UHGV virus genome: UHGV-0138535
Reading direction: 5' to 3' (one strand)
Length of the DNA: 53,721 bases
Source of the DNA: a virus
A program made the translations under genes and the position numbers. Below the pieces are notes generated by a model, which did not search any database, was not told the origin of the DNA, and worked only from the letters and a program-made list of their open reading frames with translations. Shown here piece by piece: positions 8,444-17,305 of the stretch (the stretch's first letter is position 1; each line of letters opens with the position of its first letter).

Positions 8444-9496
8444 ATGAAGTGGTTTAAGCATGACAGCGATGCGAACCGCGATGAAAAACTTCAAAACGTT
8501 TTGTTAGATTATGGCCTGGAAGGGTACGGGCTTTATTGGTATTGCCTCGAACTAATAACTTATGACGTAGATCAGCACAATCTGAATTTTGACCTACGAC
8601 ATGACGCGAGAATCATTGCGCGAAACGTCGGATCTACTGAAAAACGTATAGAAGAAATGATGAAATACTTCATCGAAATTGGTTTGTTTGAATGTTCTCA
8701 AGGCCACATAACTTGTTTAAAGTTATTGAAAAGGCTGGACCAATCAATGACTTCTAAAAGCGCTTACAGGGCCGCCATAAACACAGCGAAGGAGCAATTA
8801 AAATTAGAAAAGTTAATCAATCCAACACAAAAAGGTCATGATAGGGTCATGACCGGGTCAGGAAAGGGTCATGAATTAGAATTAGAAGTAGAAAAAGAAA
8901 GAGAAAAAGATATATACACTTCGTGTATTGTCGAAAATGAACAAAAAATGGTCAATCAGGATGGCGTAAACGAAGCGGCATTGCGTTGCCTTGCCTTCTA
9001 CAACGACAAGGCAGGATGCAAATGTCGTGATGCTAAGCCATTCGTAGAACTACTGACAGAAACAAAAACACGTAAAGCGTATACGGAGAATGAGATCACG
9101 TTAGTAATTGAGTGGGCTTTAACCCAATGGCGTAGCCGTGGTGGAGTACCTAAGCCTATCAACATTTGCCGGGTAACTAAATTTGATGGGTATCTGACTG
9201 ATGCTGAACAATGGCGCAAACTGTCAGCCACTGTAAACGCTGCCGACGTGGTGGAAGCATTTAACAGCACGTTTGACGGCCTGTTACCACCTGCCGAACT
9301 GGATCGGGATCTTGAACGCAAGATCTATGCGTTCACTGACTACCTGAAAGACAAAAGCATTAACGGCTTTGTCGCCTACTTCGAAACGTTCAAAAACACG
9401 GCTTCAGATTTTTACTTCGGCGATGGCTTCACCGCGACACTTGATTTCCTGCTTAAACCAAAAACGCTACGTGATACGCGCGCTGGCGTTCTTTGA
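8444..9496 (+). CDS. replication initiation protein (DnaD-like N-terminal replisome organiser domain)
   Basis: 350 aa; N-terminus MKWFKHDSDANRDEKLQNVLLDYGLEGYGLYWYCLE typical of phage replisome organisers; precedes helicase. Confidence 0.7.
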   Translation: MKWFKHDSDANRDEKLQNVLLDYGLEGYGLYWYCLELITYDVDQHNLNFDLRHDARIIARNVGSTEKRIEEMMKYFIEIGLFECSQGHITCLKLLKRLDQSMTSKSAYRAAINTAKEQLKLEKLINPTQKGHDRVMTGSGKGHELELEVEKEREKDIYTSCIVENEQKMVNQDGVNEAALRCLAFYNDKAGCKCRDAKPFVELLTETKTRKAYTENEITLVIEWALTQWRSRGGVPKPINICRVTKFDGYLTDAEQWRKLSATVNAADVVEAFNSTFDGLLPPAELDRDLERKIYAFTDYLKDKSINGFVAYFETFKNTASDFYFGDGFTATLDFLLKPKTLRDTRAGVL

Positions 9497-9629
9497 CCAA
9501 TCACGATCCGCAAAAATCCAAAATTACCCACAAAACAACCTCACCAGCGAGCTAAATCGCATGTGGTGCTACACTTGCTTACCTTTTTGCGATTAGCTCG
9601 TTATAGAGCGTTACGGAGAGGATTTTAAA

Positions 9630-9731
9630 ATGGACGGTAAACACGTTTTCGCCCTGGCTTTTGCCATCGCTGCGGCAATCGCTGTTAACGTCGCCTTGTT
9701 CGGCGGTCTGTACCTGCTAATCAATCCATAA
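9630..9731 (+). CDS. hydrophobic micro-protein (33 aa, single predicted TM helix)
   Basis: ATG preceded by GGAGAGG; MDGKHVFALAFAIAAAIAVNVALFGGLYLLINP; not in track. Confidence 0.35.
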   Translation: MDGKHVFALAFAIAAAIAVNVALFGGLYLLINP

Positions 9732-9870
9732 CCTACCTACCATTCTGTAAATCGAAAATTAGCCACCTGATGGCGTCTCTGACGCAATAAGACACTGCAA
9801 CCTGTGCAAACGGGTGTCGCGGTGGGTTTTTGCGTTGTAGCGCGCATGATGTTCTTAAGGAGTTGGAGCG

Positions 9871-10407
9871 ATGCGCAAGTTAACACATGAAGAACAAGTT
9901 GCAGCTATCGCGAAAGTTAATCCTGATGTTGAAGTGCTGGTTGAAATAGTTAATAACAGTACAAAAGTATTATGCCGCTGCAAGGTTTGTGATCATGAGT
10001 GGTCGGCTAAACCTAGAGACATTAAGAGCGGGCGCGGTTGCCCGAAATGCGCTAAATACGGGTTTTTATCACACTACAACGGAAAACTTTACATCATGGT
10101 TGATGATCTTGAAGTGCCTACACAAATGAAAATTGGTGTAAGCGTAAAAGAGAACGAAAGGAGGAACAGAGTATTTAAAAGTGCTCGTAAGGCAGGTGTA
10201 AGGCTGACTGATTTACAGGTAGTTAAAACATGGAATGGGCCTACTGAGATTATGCAGGAAATAGAAAGCAAAATGCACGATGCTTTCAGTGACTATAAAA
10301 TAAACTTCCCTGTTAAGTTTGATGGTAGCACTGAATTTTTTTATTACAGGCCGGAAGTATTCGACATGGTAGAAGAAACATATAAAGAGATTGTTTGCTG
10401 TCAATAA
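9871..10407 (+). CDS. zinc-ribbon plus T5orf172/GIY-YIG-like domain protein
   Basis: 178 aa; CRCKVCDHEW...CPKCA zinc ribbon; GKLYIMVDD...KIGVS...ENERRNRV...HDAF...GSTEFFYY resembles T5orf172 motifs; AT-rich; own RBS AAGGAG. Confidence 0.55.
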   Translation: MRKLTHEEQVAAIAKVNPDVEVLVEIVNNSTKVLCRCKVCDHEWSAKPRDIKSGRGCPKCAKYGFLSHYNGKLYIMVDDLEVPTQMKIGVSVKENERRNRVFKSARKAGVRLTDLQVVKTWNGPTEIMQEIESKMHDAFSDYKINFPVKFDGSTEFFYYRPEVFDMVEETYKEIVCCQ

Positions 10408-10440
10408 ATATACAAAATGTAAACATGAGGAAATAACATT

Positions 10441-11559
10441 ATGTCGCAAAGAAAAATCAGCGATGAGCAATTGATCGCTGAATATAACAACGGTTTAACG
10501 TACAAGCAGATCGCTGAAAAATATGGCATGTCAAAACGCAACGTCGAGCGGCTGGGCGCAAAGCTGGCGAAACGCGGTTTATTATCAACGCGCCGCGCCC
10601 CTGGTTTTGGCGTTACTGGTGAGTCGGTTCTTGTCGATAAGGATGGGAATACAGTCATGCGCTGGATTAAAACAGCCCGTGATCGCGATGAAATGGAAAG
10701 GCTAATGGAAGCGGCCCGCGACGCTTTCACTGAAGAAATCCCACGCGCGGAGGCCGTGCCAGTGCCGGAAATTGATTTTCAAAAAAGCCTGGCCCTTTAT
10801 CCGGTATTTGATCTGCATATCGGGGCGCTTGCTCATAAAGCTGAATGCGGCGAGAGTTACGACACTGGGATCGCTGAGCGCGTATTGAATGAATTCTTTG
10901 ACTACGCTGTAGGCGCTGCGCCGATGTCTGAGAAAGCTGTTTTGCTTCTCGGTGGGGATGTTCTTCACACTGACGGGCTGTTGCCAGTTACGCCATCAAG
11001 CAATCACGTTCTTGATTGCGATTCGCGCTATGCAAAACTTGTCTATGTAGCGATCAGGTCGGTCCGGCGGGCTGTCGGGAAGATGTTGTTAAATCATAGG
11101 GATATTGAAATCCAGGTACTATCAGGCAATCACGACCAGTCTGGTATGATTTGGCTACGTGCTGCGCTGGCGGCTTTTTACGAAGACGAACCGCGCGTAA
11201 CTGTTGATGTGTCCCCTGCTATCGTCCACCACACACAGTACGGCAAAACATTCCTTGCTTACCACCACGGGCACACTATCAAAAAGCCGGAAAATTTATT
11301 GTCTGCTTGCGTAGCTGACTGGCGTGAGGATTTCGGCAAGTCTGCGGCGGTTTACGCTCATTGCGGGCACTGGCACCATCAACGGCTGATTGAATCATCG
11401 CTAGGCGTTGTTGAGTATCACGGCACATTAGCGGGCAAAGACGCTTATTCAACTAATGGCGGCTGGCGGTCGCGGCGTCTGGCAGCGGTGATTATTTACA
11501 GCCCGGATCATGGGGAGATCGGGCGCTTTGTTTATTACCCTGAACATTCCATTTTGTAA
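10441..11559 (+). CDS. HTH domain fused to calcineurin-like metallophosphoesterase
   Basis: 372 aa; N-terminal sigma-70 region 4-like HTH; phosphoesterase motifs FDLHIG, GGDVLHTDG, GNHD, HHGH, GHWHH. Confidence 0.6.
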   Translation: MSQRKISDEQLIAEYNNGLTYKQIAEKYGMSKRNVERLGAKLAKRGLLSTRRAPGFGVTGESVLVDKDGNTVMRWIKTARDRDEMERLMEAARDAFTEEIPRAEAVPVPEIDFQKSLALYPVFDLHIGALAHKAECGESYDTGIAERVLNEFFDYAVGAAPMSEKAVLLLGGDVLHTDGLLPVTPSSNHVLDCDSRYAKLVYVAIRSVRRAVGKMLLNHRDIEIQVLSGNHDQSGMIWLRAALAAFYEDEPRVTVDVSPAIVHHTQYGKTFLAYHHGHTIKKPENLLSACVADWREDFGKSAAVYAHCGHWHHQRLIESSLGVVEYHGTLAGKDAYSTNGGWRSRRLAAVIIYSPDHGEIGRFVYYPEHSIL

Positions 11560-11577
11560 ACAGGAGGCAATAACATA

Positions 11578-12999
11578 ATGGTAACTGAGCAAATAAACTC
11601 ACTACGGCAGGAACGTGAAGCGTCAGTTATCGGCGGGCTGCTGTTAGGTGGCCTTACTCCTAACGCTCAAGATGTTCTCGCCACACTTGATCCTGAAGTG
11701 TTCACGATCCCGCTTTATAAACGTGCGTTTGAAGTTATCCGGGCGCAAGCCAGAAACAGAAATCTTATCGACGCTTTATTGGTTGGCGATGAAATTGGCA
11801 ATGAAAACTTTGTACCACTGATGCAAACGGCGCGATCGTGTCCTTCTGCTGCCAACCTGAAGGGATACGCACAGCTACTACGTGAAGAGCACCAGCGGCG
11901 GCAGATGTTGGAACTCATCGACGATATGCGCTACAAACTGGAAACGGGGACGCTTGAAGTCGTCAGGGAGACGATGAAAGATTTTGATTCCCGGTATTCA
12001 AAATTAAAGGTAACAAAAGATCAAATTATCCCGGTGCTGTTGCGCGATGCGGTCCAGGAATACACGGAAGTGTTAAGTAAACGCATGGAGTGTGGCGTGA
12101 ACTCTGACAACATCAAAACAGGGATTGACCCACTCGACGAAATGTTAGGCGGCATTAACGCTACTGATCTGGTGCTTATCGCCGGACGCCCAGGGTCTGG
12201 TAAATCGGCGTTGGCGTTGGCAATTGCCCGCGCGGCGGCTGAACGTCCATACCCTGGAGGCGAAGGTCAGCGGGTCGGCGTTTTGCTGTTCACGCTTGAA
12301 ATGTCGCTCGATCAGATGACTGAACGCGCTATCGCTGGCGCGGGTAACTTATCAACGGATTGCCTACGTAATCCGGTAAAACTGGATGACGAAGGTTGGG
12401 CGCACGTAGCACAGGGAATGAGCGCCCTTGCCGATCTCGACGTGTGGATTGTTGACGCATCGCAGTTAACGGTCGAGGAAATACGCGCCACCGTCGAACG
12501 GATGAAACAGGACCATCCTAACCTGGGGATGGTAATGATTGACTACATCGGGTTAATGAAGCTGGCTAAGGCCGAGCGTCATGATCTCGCTGTAGGGCAA
12601 TTGTCGTGGTCATTGAAAATGATGGCGAAGGAGTTGCGCGTGCCAGTAGCGGCACTTGCGCAATTATCCCGCCGCGTTGAGGAACGACCGAACAAGCGCC
12701 CGAACAATTCTGATCTGCGTGATTCCGGTAATCTTGAACAAGACGCAGACCGGATCATCATGGTCTACCGCGACGGCTACTACAACGAACAATCTGTTGC
12801 CCGCGAATACATGGAGATTATCGTTTCAAAAAACCGTCACGGGAAAACGGGTACTGTTTACCAGCGGTTTGATGATAACGGCAACATTTTACCATGCGAC
12901 CAGGCCCGCGCGGCTTCGGCTTGCATTCAGTCTATGCAACAACGTCCGTCTGCAAGCCGATTCTCACCACGAAACAACCAGAATAACGCATCTTTTTAA
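11578..12999 (+). CDS. DnaB-family replicative helicase
   Basis: 473 aa; Walker A GRPGSGKS, DnaB-like N-terminal domain and RecA-like C-terminal motifs. Confidence 0.85.
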   Translation: MVTEQINSLRQEREASVIGGLLLGGLTPNAQDVLATLDPEVFTIPLYKRAFEVIRAQARNRNLIDALLVGDEIGNENFVPLMQTARSCPSAANLKGYAQLLREEHQRRQMLELIDDMRYKLETGTLEVVRETMKDFDSRYSKLKVTKDQIIPVLLRDAVQEYTEVLSKRMECGVNSDNIKTGIDPLDEMLGGINATDLVLIAGRPGSGKSALALAIARAAAERPYPGGEGQRVGVLLFTLEMSLDQMTERAIAGAGNLSTDCLRNPVKLDDEGWAHVAQGMSALADLDVWIVDASQLTVEEIRATVERMKQDHPNLGMVMIDYIGLMKLAKAERHDLAVGQLSWSLKMMAKELRVPVAALAQLSRRVEERPNKRPNNSDLRDSGNLEQDADRIIMVYRDGYYNEQSVAREYMEIIVSKNRHGKTGTVYQRFDDNGNILPCDQARAASACIQSMQQRPSASRFSPRNNQNNASF

Positions 13000-13077
13000 T
13001 TAACTTGAGAAACGGCTTACCGGAAAGTTTACCGCTTTCTGGTGGCTGTTTTCGCGCTTAAATCGAGGCTAGAAACA

Positions 13078-13605
13078 ATGAAAACCATTTATAAAACACA
13101 AATAGCGAAATTTTTACAGGATGCCACTGTTGCTGGTGAAGCAACAATTATTAAATCTATTCCAGGTCCTGAAATCGAGATCGTTAATAGTTTGCGTGAT
13201 ATGGTTTCTGACGGCGCTATTATTCCTGTGGAAATGGGAGGGCCGCGATTATCATATTGCTTGAAGTCAGTGCGCGAAATGGCAATAAAAAAAATCATGC
13301 CTTTATTTCTGAATAGTAGCAATTATTTTTCTGCTGAGGATGTTAAAAAAGAATTAAAACTCGAAATAAAACAGAGGAAAATTTGTCGGGTTTTAAAGAT
13401 GTTAGGCAGTGAAAATTTATTAACAGTTAATAAATTTGATGGGAAATACTTTTTTAGATCAGCTCGCTTCTATGGTTGTTCGAGTCCTATCGTATTTGAA
13501 TTTAACAACCGCCTGAATGAATACCGGAAAAATAACGGCCTGCTGCCGGATAAACCAGTATTTGAGATCGAAAAACTTAACGGTGAAACGGGGTTGGAAT
13601 TATGA
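13078..13605 (+). CDS. hypothetical protein (AT-rich moron)
   Basis: ATG at 13078 with GAGG RBS inside track ORF 13042..13605; markedly AT-rich versus flanks. Confidence 0.45.
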   Translation: MKTIYKTQIAKFLQDATVAGEATIIKSIPGPEIEIVNSLRDMVSDGAIIPVEMGGPRLSYCLKSVREMAIKKIMPLFLNSSNYFSAEDVKKELKLEIKQRKICRVLKMLGSENLLTVNKFDGKYFFRSARFYGCSSPIVFEFNNRLNEYRKNNGLLPDKPVFEIEKLNGETGLEL

Positions 13606-13808
13606 GACGGGTAATCTTTTATTCAGTTGAAACGTTTATTGACGATACGCGCGTTTATTATCCGTGGGAAGTATACGACGCAAAGGTGTATACACCGCCA
13701 CTGATGCGGAAATATAAACACGTAAAATTTAACCGGGTTTTTGTACCAATGCGTGATGCACTGCAGGCGCTGCGCGGTGAATTACGAAACACAATGCGTA
13801 TTGTGTGA
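13602..13808 (+). CDS. hypothetical protein
   Basis: 68-aa track ORF, start overlaps upstream stop. Confidence 0.4.
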   Translation: MRRVIFYSVETFIDDTRVYYPWEVYDAKVYTPPLMRKYKHVKFNRVFVPMRDALQALRGELRNTMRIV

Positions 13809-13817
13809 GGTGGCGTT

Positions 13818-14015
13818 ATGGATAAGGAATTAGATTTAACAGTTGAAGACCTGAGCACGATTGCGGAATACATGCGCGACGATGATCCTGATCGTCCTGT
13901 CGTCGTTGATATGAAAAAACTAAAAAACGACCATATGGCTAGTTCAAGGCTCATTTCTTTATGGGCGATCATGTATGCGCGGGCGCAATGGAAAAATAGC
14001 AACGGTGTATTATGA
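13818..14015 (+). CDS. hypothetical protein
   Basis: 65-aa track ORF; stop overlaps ninB start. Confidence 0.4.
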   Translation: MDKELDLTVEDLSTIAEYMRDDDPDRPVVVDMKKLKNDHMASSRLISLWAIMYARAQWKNSNGVL

Positions 14016-14443
14016 GGCAAATTAGATTTGAGATAGTCAACGACGCCGTGAAAGAAAATGCTATCAGGCAGATAAGGGAAATACAGCCTGATAGCAAAAG
14101 CCCGCTGATAATCACCATCCAGGAGAAAACCCGCTCGCTAAGCCAAAATAGCCTTCTATGGGCGTTGCTAACCGACATTAGTGATCAGGTTAATTGGTAC
14201 GGTAAGAGGCTGTCGCCGGAAGACTGGAAGGCGGTATTCACTGCCGGGCTTAAGAAATATGGCGTTGTCCCTAACCTGGACAAATCAGGCTTTGTTGTGC
14301 TGGGAACATCAACCAGCCGGATGAGTAAAGCGGAATTTAGCGAATTAATCGAACTGATCTACTCGTTCGGCGCTGAGCATGGCGTTCAGTGGTCAGGTGA
14401 TACGAAATTAAACGAGGAATTTATAAAACGCTGGGGGCAATAA
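14012..14443 (+). CDS. ninB: NinB recombination protein
   Basis: 143 aa; closely parallels lambda NinB (TIQEKTRSLSQNSLLWALLTDISDQVNWYGKRL...VVPNL...GFVVLGTSTSRMSKAEFSELIELI). Confidence 0.8.
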   Translation: MRQIRFEIVNDAVKENAIRQIREIQPDSKSPLIITIQEKTRSLSQNSLLWALLTDISDQVNWYGKRLSPEDWKAVFTAGLKKYGVVPNLDKSGFVVLGTSTSRMSKAEFSELIELIYSFGAEHGVQWSGDTKLNEEFIKRWGQ

Positions 14444-14619
14444 TGGTTGAGTATTTTAAAGCTAAACCGACCGGGATTTATTACAAGGTAGAAAATGGTA
14501 ATGTGTTTTATCTTAATCGCGCGGCTAATGAGTGGCGAGAGTGTCAGTGCTACTACCTGAGAGATATTAGAAATCATCCACATTATTTTATTAAAGTTGA
14601 CGATGTACCAGTGGCATAA
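14443..14619 (+). CDS. small hypothetical protein (58 aa)
   Basis: ATG overlapping ninB stop (TAATG); not in track. Confidence 0.35.
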   Translation: MVEYFKAKPTGIYYKVENGNVFYLNRAANEWRECQCYYLRDIRNHPHYFIKVDDVPVA

Positions 14620-14633
14620 TTGAGGATAAACAA

Positions 14634-15290
14634 ATGAGTAAATCAAAAGCAATCGGTGTGATTAGCCATCGCACTAACCCTGAATGCTACCCATCGTTTG
14701 AAGTATCGACATGCAGGGAAGAATATAATTTTGGATCATGTTATTTAGTTGGTGTTCGCGCTGATCGCGGCACTTATTCTGTTATGGCGGCAAGCTGGAA
14801 GTTTGATAAATATGCCAATTTATCTAATAAAGATGATGATGGCATGAACAAAGAAAGTGAAATCATTGACGAATTAATCGAAGATGAGCGGCATGATTGC
14901 GATACGCCAGAAGTTACGGAATGGATGGCAGGAGAAAAGCCTCCATGCGGAGTATGGCTTGAGCTTCTAGATCCTGTCGATGGTCGGAAATATGTTATTC
15001 TGAAATACAAGTATATAAGTGATCGCCTTGCTCTTTTTGTAGAAATGGATGCGCCTGATTTTGAACAAGCCGGGGAATGGAAGCATTTCGCTCATAAGTT
15101 GTATGTAGATCCGAAAGAAAAAATACTGGCTGAAATTGCGTTTGCACTTGCTACTAAGGTTATCGGTGAAGATGCTGCAAAAGAAATTGATTTTAACCGC
15201 GACAACGAATTTTCGTGCGATTATCGCAATATGGCGCAAGCTATTATAGACGGATGTATAGGACACGTTGAATACACGGGGGGTGAATAA
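14634..15290 (+). CDS. hypothetical protein (AT-rich)
   Basis: 218-aa track ORF; AT-rich. Confidence 0.5.
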   Translation: MSKSKAIGVISHRTNPECYPSFEVSTCREEYNFGSCYLVGVRADRGTYSVMAASWKFDKYANLSNKDDDGMNKESEIIDELIEDERHDCDTPEVTEWMAGEKPPCGVWLELLDPVDGRKYVILKYKYISDRLALFVEMDAPDFEQAGEWKHFAHKLYVDPKEKILAEIAFALATKVIGEDAAKEIDFNRDNEFSCDYRNMAQAIIDGCIGHVEYTGGE

Positions 15291-15520
15291 TGGATAAAAC
15301 GGCAACAATTCTTCTTAGTCGCCCTGCCATCTGCCGTATGCTGGGGGGAATTAGCAGGGGAACGTTTTACTTATGGCGTAAAAAGTGGGAACGGAACGGA
15401 ACTCCGTTCCCGGCCCCTGTTGATGTACTTGGTACCGGGCGTGGCGTTATGTACCGCTATCAGGACGTAATGCAGTTCTTTGATCAGATTGGTTTAACGT
15501 CAGCCAAAGATAATACATAA
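15290..15520 (+). CDS. AlpA-family HTH regulator / putative excisionase
   Basis: 76 aa; ICRMLGGISRGTFYLWRKKWERNGTPFPAPVDVLGTGRGVMYRYQDVMQFF matches AlpA/Xis-type HTH; overlaps integrase 3' end convergently by 37 nt. Confidence 0.65.
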   Translation: MDKTATILLSRPAICRMLGGISRGTFYLWRKKWERNGTPFPAPVDVLGTGRGVMYRYQDVMQFFDQIGLTSAKDNT

Positions 15521-16674
15521 TCCGCAAACTTATTTAGTGCCTCCTTTTGTTCATCAAGATAATCATATTTGTCGTACACCGCCAGTATCCCCCTTAATGA
15601 ATGGCCTAAGACCTTTTCTGCAATATGTACCGGAACACCTATAGCTGAAAGGTGTGTCCGGCACGTCCTGCGGAGGTCGTGACAGGACCATGATTTACCG
15701 CCCATCCTTTTACGCACGAATATTGCAGCTACTTTTATCACTGATGCGTTTACTGGCCTGTTGCCGCCGTTAATCACTGGCGGGAATACATAATCATACT
15801 CATGGGAGGTTAAAACCTCCCTGAGCATTTTTATCGACAAGTCAGATAATCCCCGCCTGATTTCACTTCTTGTCTTCGCCACCGCCGCCGGAACGGTCCA
15901 TACACCGTTGTCCAGGTCTAGGTGTTCCCTTCTCATTTTCTGCAATTCACCAACCCTACACCCGGTTAGCAATAATAGCTTTAAGGCTATTTTGTTCTGC
16001 GGATAGATCTGCGAACTGTCTACCGTGCGCCAGAAGTGGCCTATCTCCTCACATGAAAGGTAACGCTCCCCCACCGCATAATGCTCGCCAACGTCAGCTA
16101 CACGGATATTGTTTATCGCCGTGTTAGTCATTAGCCCGCGCCTGATTGCGCTGTTAACGATGATTTTCATTCGCTTCAATATCAAACCAGCCGTAACCGC
16201 GTGACCCGCCGCAGTGATCTCGCCAAATATATCCATCCACTGTTTTGTCGTTACGTCGTCAGCTATGTAGTCGCCGTACTTGTTGACAACATGGCGCATC
16301 AATGCGCTTTTGACTTCTTTATATGCCACCAGCTTAATGACGTTCGGCAGGGATAGATAGTCTTCCACTACGTCTGTTATCGATCTCTTGCCCTGTTCAA
16401 AGGCTATGGCCTGCTTTACGCACAGTGCCGGATTCTTCCCTTTCGTAAGCAACTCCCTGTATTCAGCCACCGCGTAGCGGGCGTCTTTCAGACTCATTTT
16501 CCCGTACTCGCCGATCTTCATTCGCACTGGCTTACCGTTGAATCTGTAACGGTACTGGAAAGTAATTTTTCCTTTTGGACTTATCCTGGCTGACAGGCCG
16601 TCACGATCAGCTATCTCGCTTGGGCCGTCGTATGGCTTGTTGGCGATGGTCCTTAACCTGGTATCCGTAAGCAT
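15484..16674 (-). CDS. int: tyrosine integrase (P4-like, with N-terminal arm-binding domain)
   Basis: Track ORF 15484..16776; likely start ATG 16674 (GGGGG upstream); N-terminal arm-binding-like region, C-terminal catalytic region with HDLRRT and VLGHS. Confidence 0.85.
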   Translation of the reverse strand: MLTDTRLRTIANKPYDGPSEIADRDGLSARISPKGKITFQYRYRFNGKPVRMKIGEYGKMSLKDARYAVAEYRELLTKGKNPALCVKQAIAFEQGKRSITDVVEDYLSLPNVIKLVAYKEVKSALMRHVVNKYGDYIADDVTTKQWMDIFGEITAAGHAVTAGLILKRMKIIVNSAIRRGLMTNTAINNIRVADVGEHYAVGERYLSCEEIGHFWRTVDSSQIYPQNKIALKLLLLTGCRVGELQKMRREHLDLDNGVWTVPAAVAKTRSEIRRGLSDLSIKMLREVLTSHEYDYVFPPVINGGNRPVNASVIKVAAIFVRKRMGGKSWSCHDLRRTCRTHLSAIGVPVHIAEKVLGHSLRGILAVYDKYDYLDEQKEALNKFADYVLSLADVKPI

Positions 16675-16685
16675 GTTGCCCCCAT

Positions 16686-16950
16686 TTTTGGTCACGTTTT
16701 GGTACACAGTTTTTGTTGTACGGATATTAACAGTATTGTACGGAATTAGAAACGTGATGCCGGATTTTGGTTGCAACCGAATGATTTTTAAGTGATTTTA
16801 GTGGCGTAATTGAACGGGGTTAAACACCTTTAAACATAGTGCGCAGGTCCTGTCTGGAATGATTAGTGTAACTAATAATCATTTATAAAACAGAATGTTA
16901 TGTTGTTTTTGATTTTGGTTTTTGATATTTGGTCACTATTTGGTACACAA
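16686..16950. other. candidate attP / integrase arm-site region
   Basis: AT-rich non-coding segment upstream of int flanked by near-identical 24-bp direct repeats (TTTTGGTCACGTTTTGGTACACAG / ATTTGGTCACTATTTGGTACACAA) plus TTGTACGGA and TTTTGGTT repeats. Confidence 0.35.
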
Positions 16951-16977
16951 AAAGAAACGAGGCGTTAGCCTCGTTTC
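16946..16977 (-). terminator. intrinsic terminator at end of tail-fibre operon
   Basis: Hairpin GAAACGAGGC-GTTA-GCCTCGTTTC followed by TTTTT on minus strand. Confidence 0.6.
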
Positions 16978-17020
16978 TCGGCGATGCTTTCAACATCACC
17001 ATGCTATCACTGCCGCATCA

Positions 17021-17305
17021 TTAAGCCCATGCGCGGACGCCTGGATCTGGAACGATGAAAGGCTCAAGCTGAGAAATATCAACATCGTCACCAGTTATAC
17101 GCACGTTGACGTAATAACCTTTTTTCCCAATAAGTACAGGTGTCTCGCTTTCTGGATCGTCGAATACAAGGACAAAACCGATATCATCAATAAACACGGT
17201 TGACCAATTGGCATCCAGCCAGCCGCTATTAATCACAATGTCGTTGTATTGCTGTTTGTCAGTAAATTGCAAGCTAACGTCTTTCATGTTAACCACCTTA
17301 AACAA
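17021..17305 (-). CDS. hypothetical protein downstream of tail fibre
   Basis: 94-aa track ORF overlapping fibre gene 3' end by 8 nt. Confidence 0.4.
   Translation of the reverse strand: MFKVVNMKDVSLQFTDKQQYNDIVINSGWLDANWSTVFIDDIGFVLVFDDPESETPVLIGKKGYYVNVRITGDDVDISQLEPFIVPDPGVRAWA

Noticed and set aside
10089-10730. Minus-strand track ORFs 10089..10271, 10213..10470, 10401..10730 and similar opposite-strand ORFs (1013..1264, 5702..5977, 28587..28880, 34476..35320, 37167..37580)
   Set aside because: Each is antisense to a gene with recognisable domains or strong operon context and lacks translation signals.
16777-17020. tRNA gene expected next to a P4-like integrase
   Set aside because: No cloverleaf-compatible sequence or conserved T-loop (GTTCRANNC) was recognised by eye; the segment instead shows direct repeats and a terminator hairpin. 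A tRNA scan is still needed.
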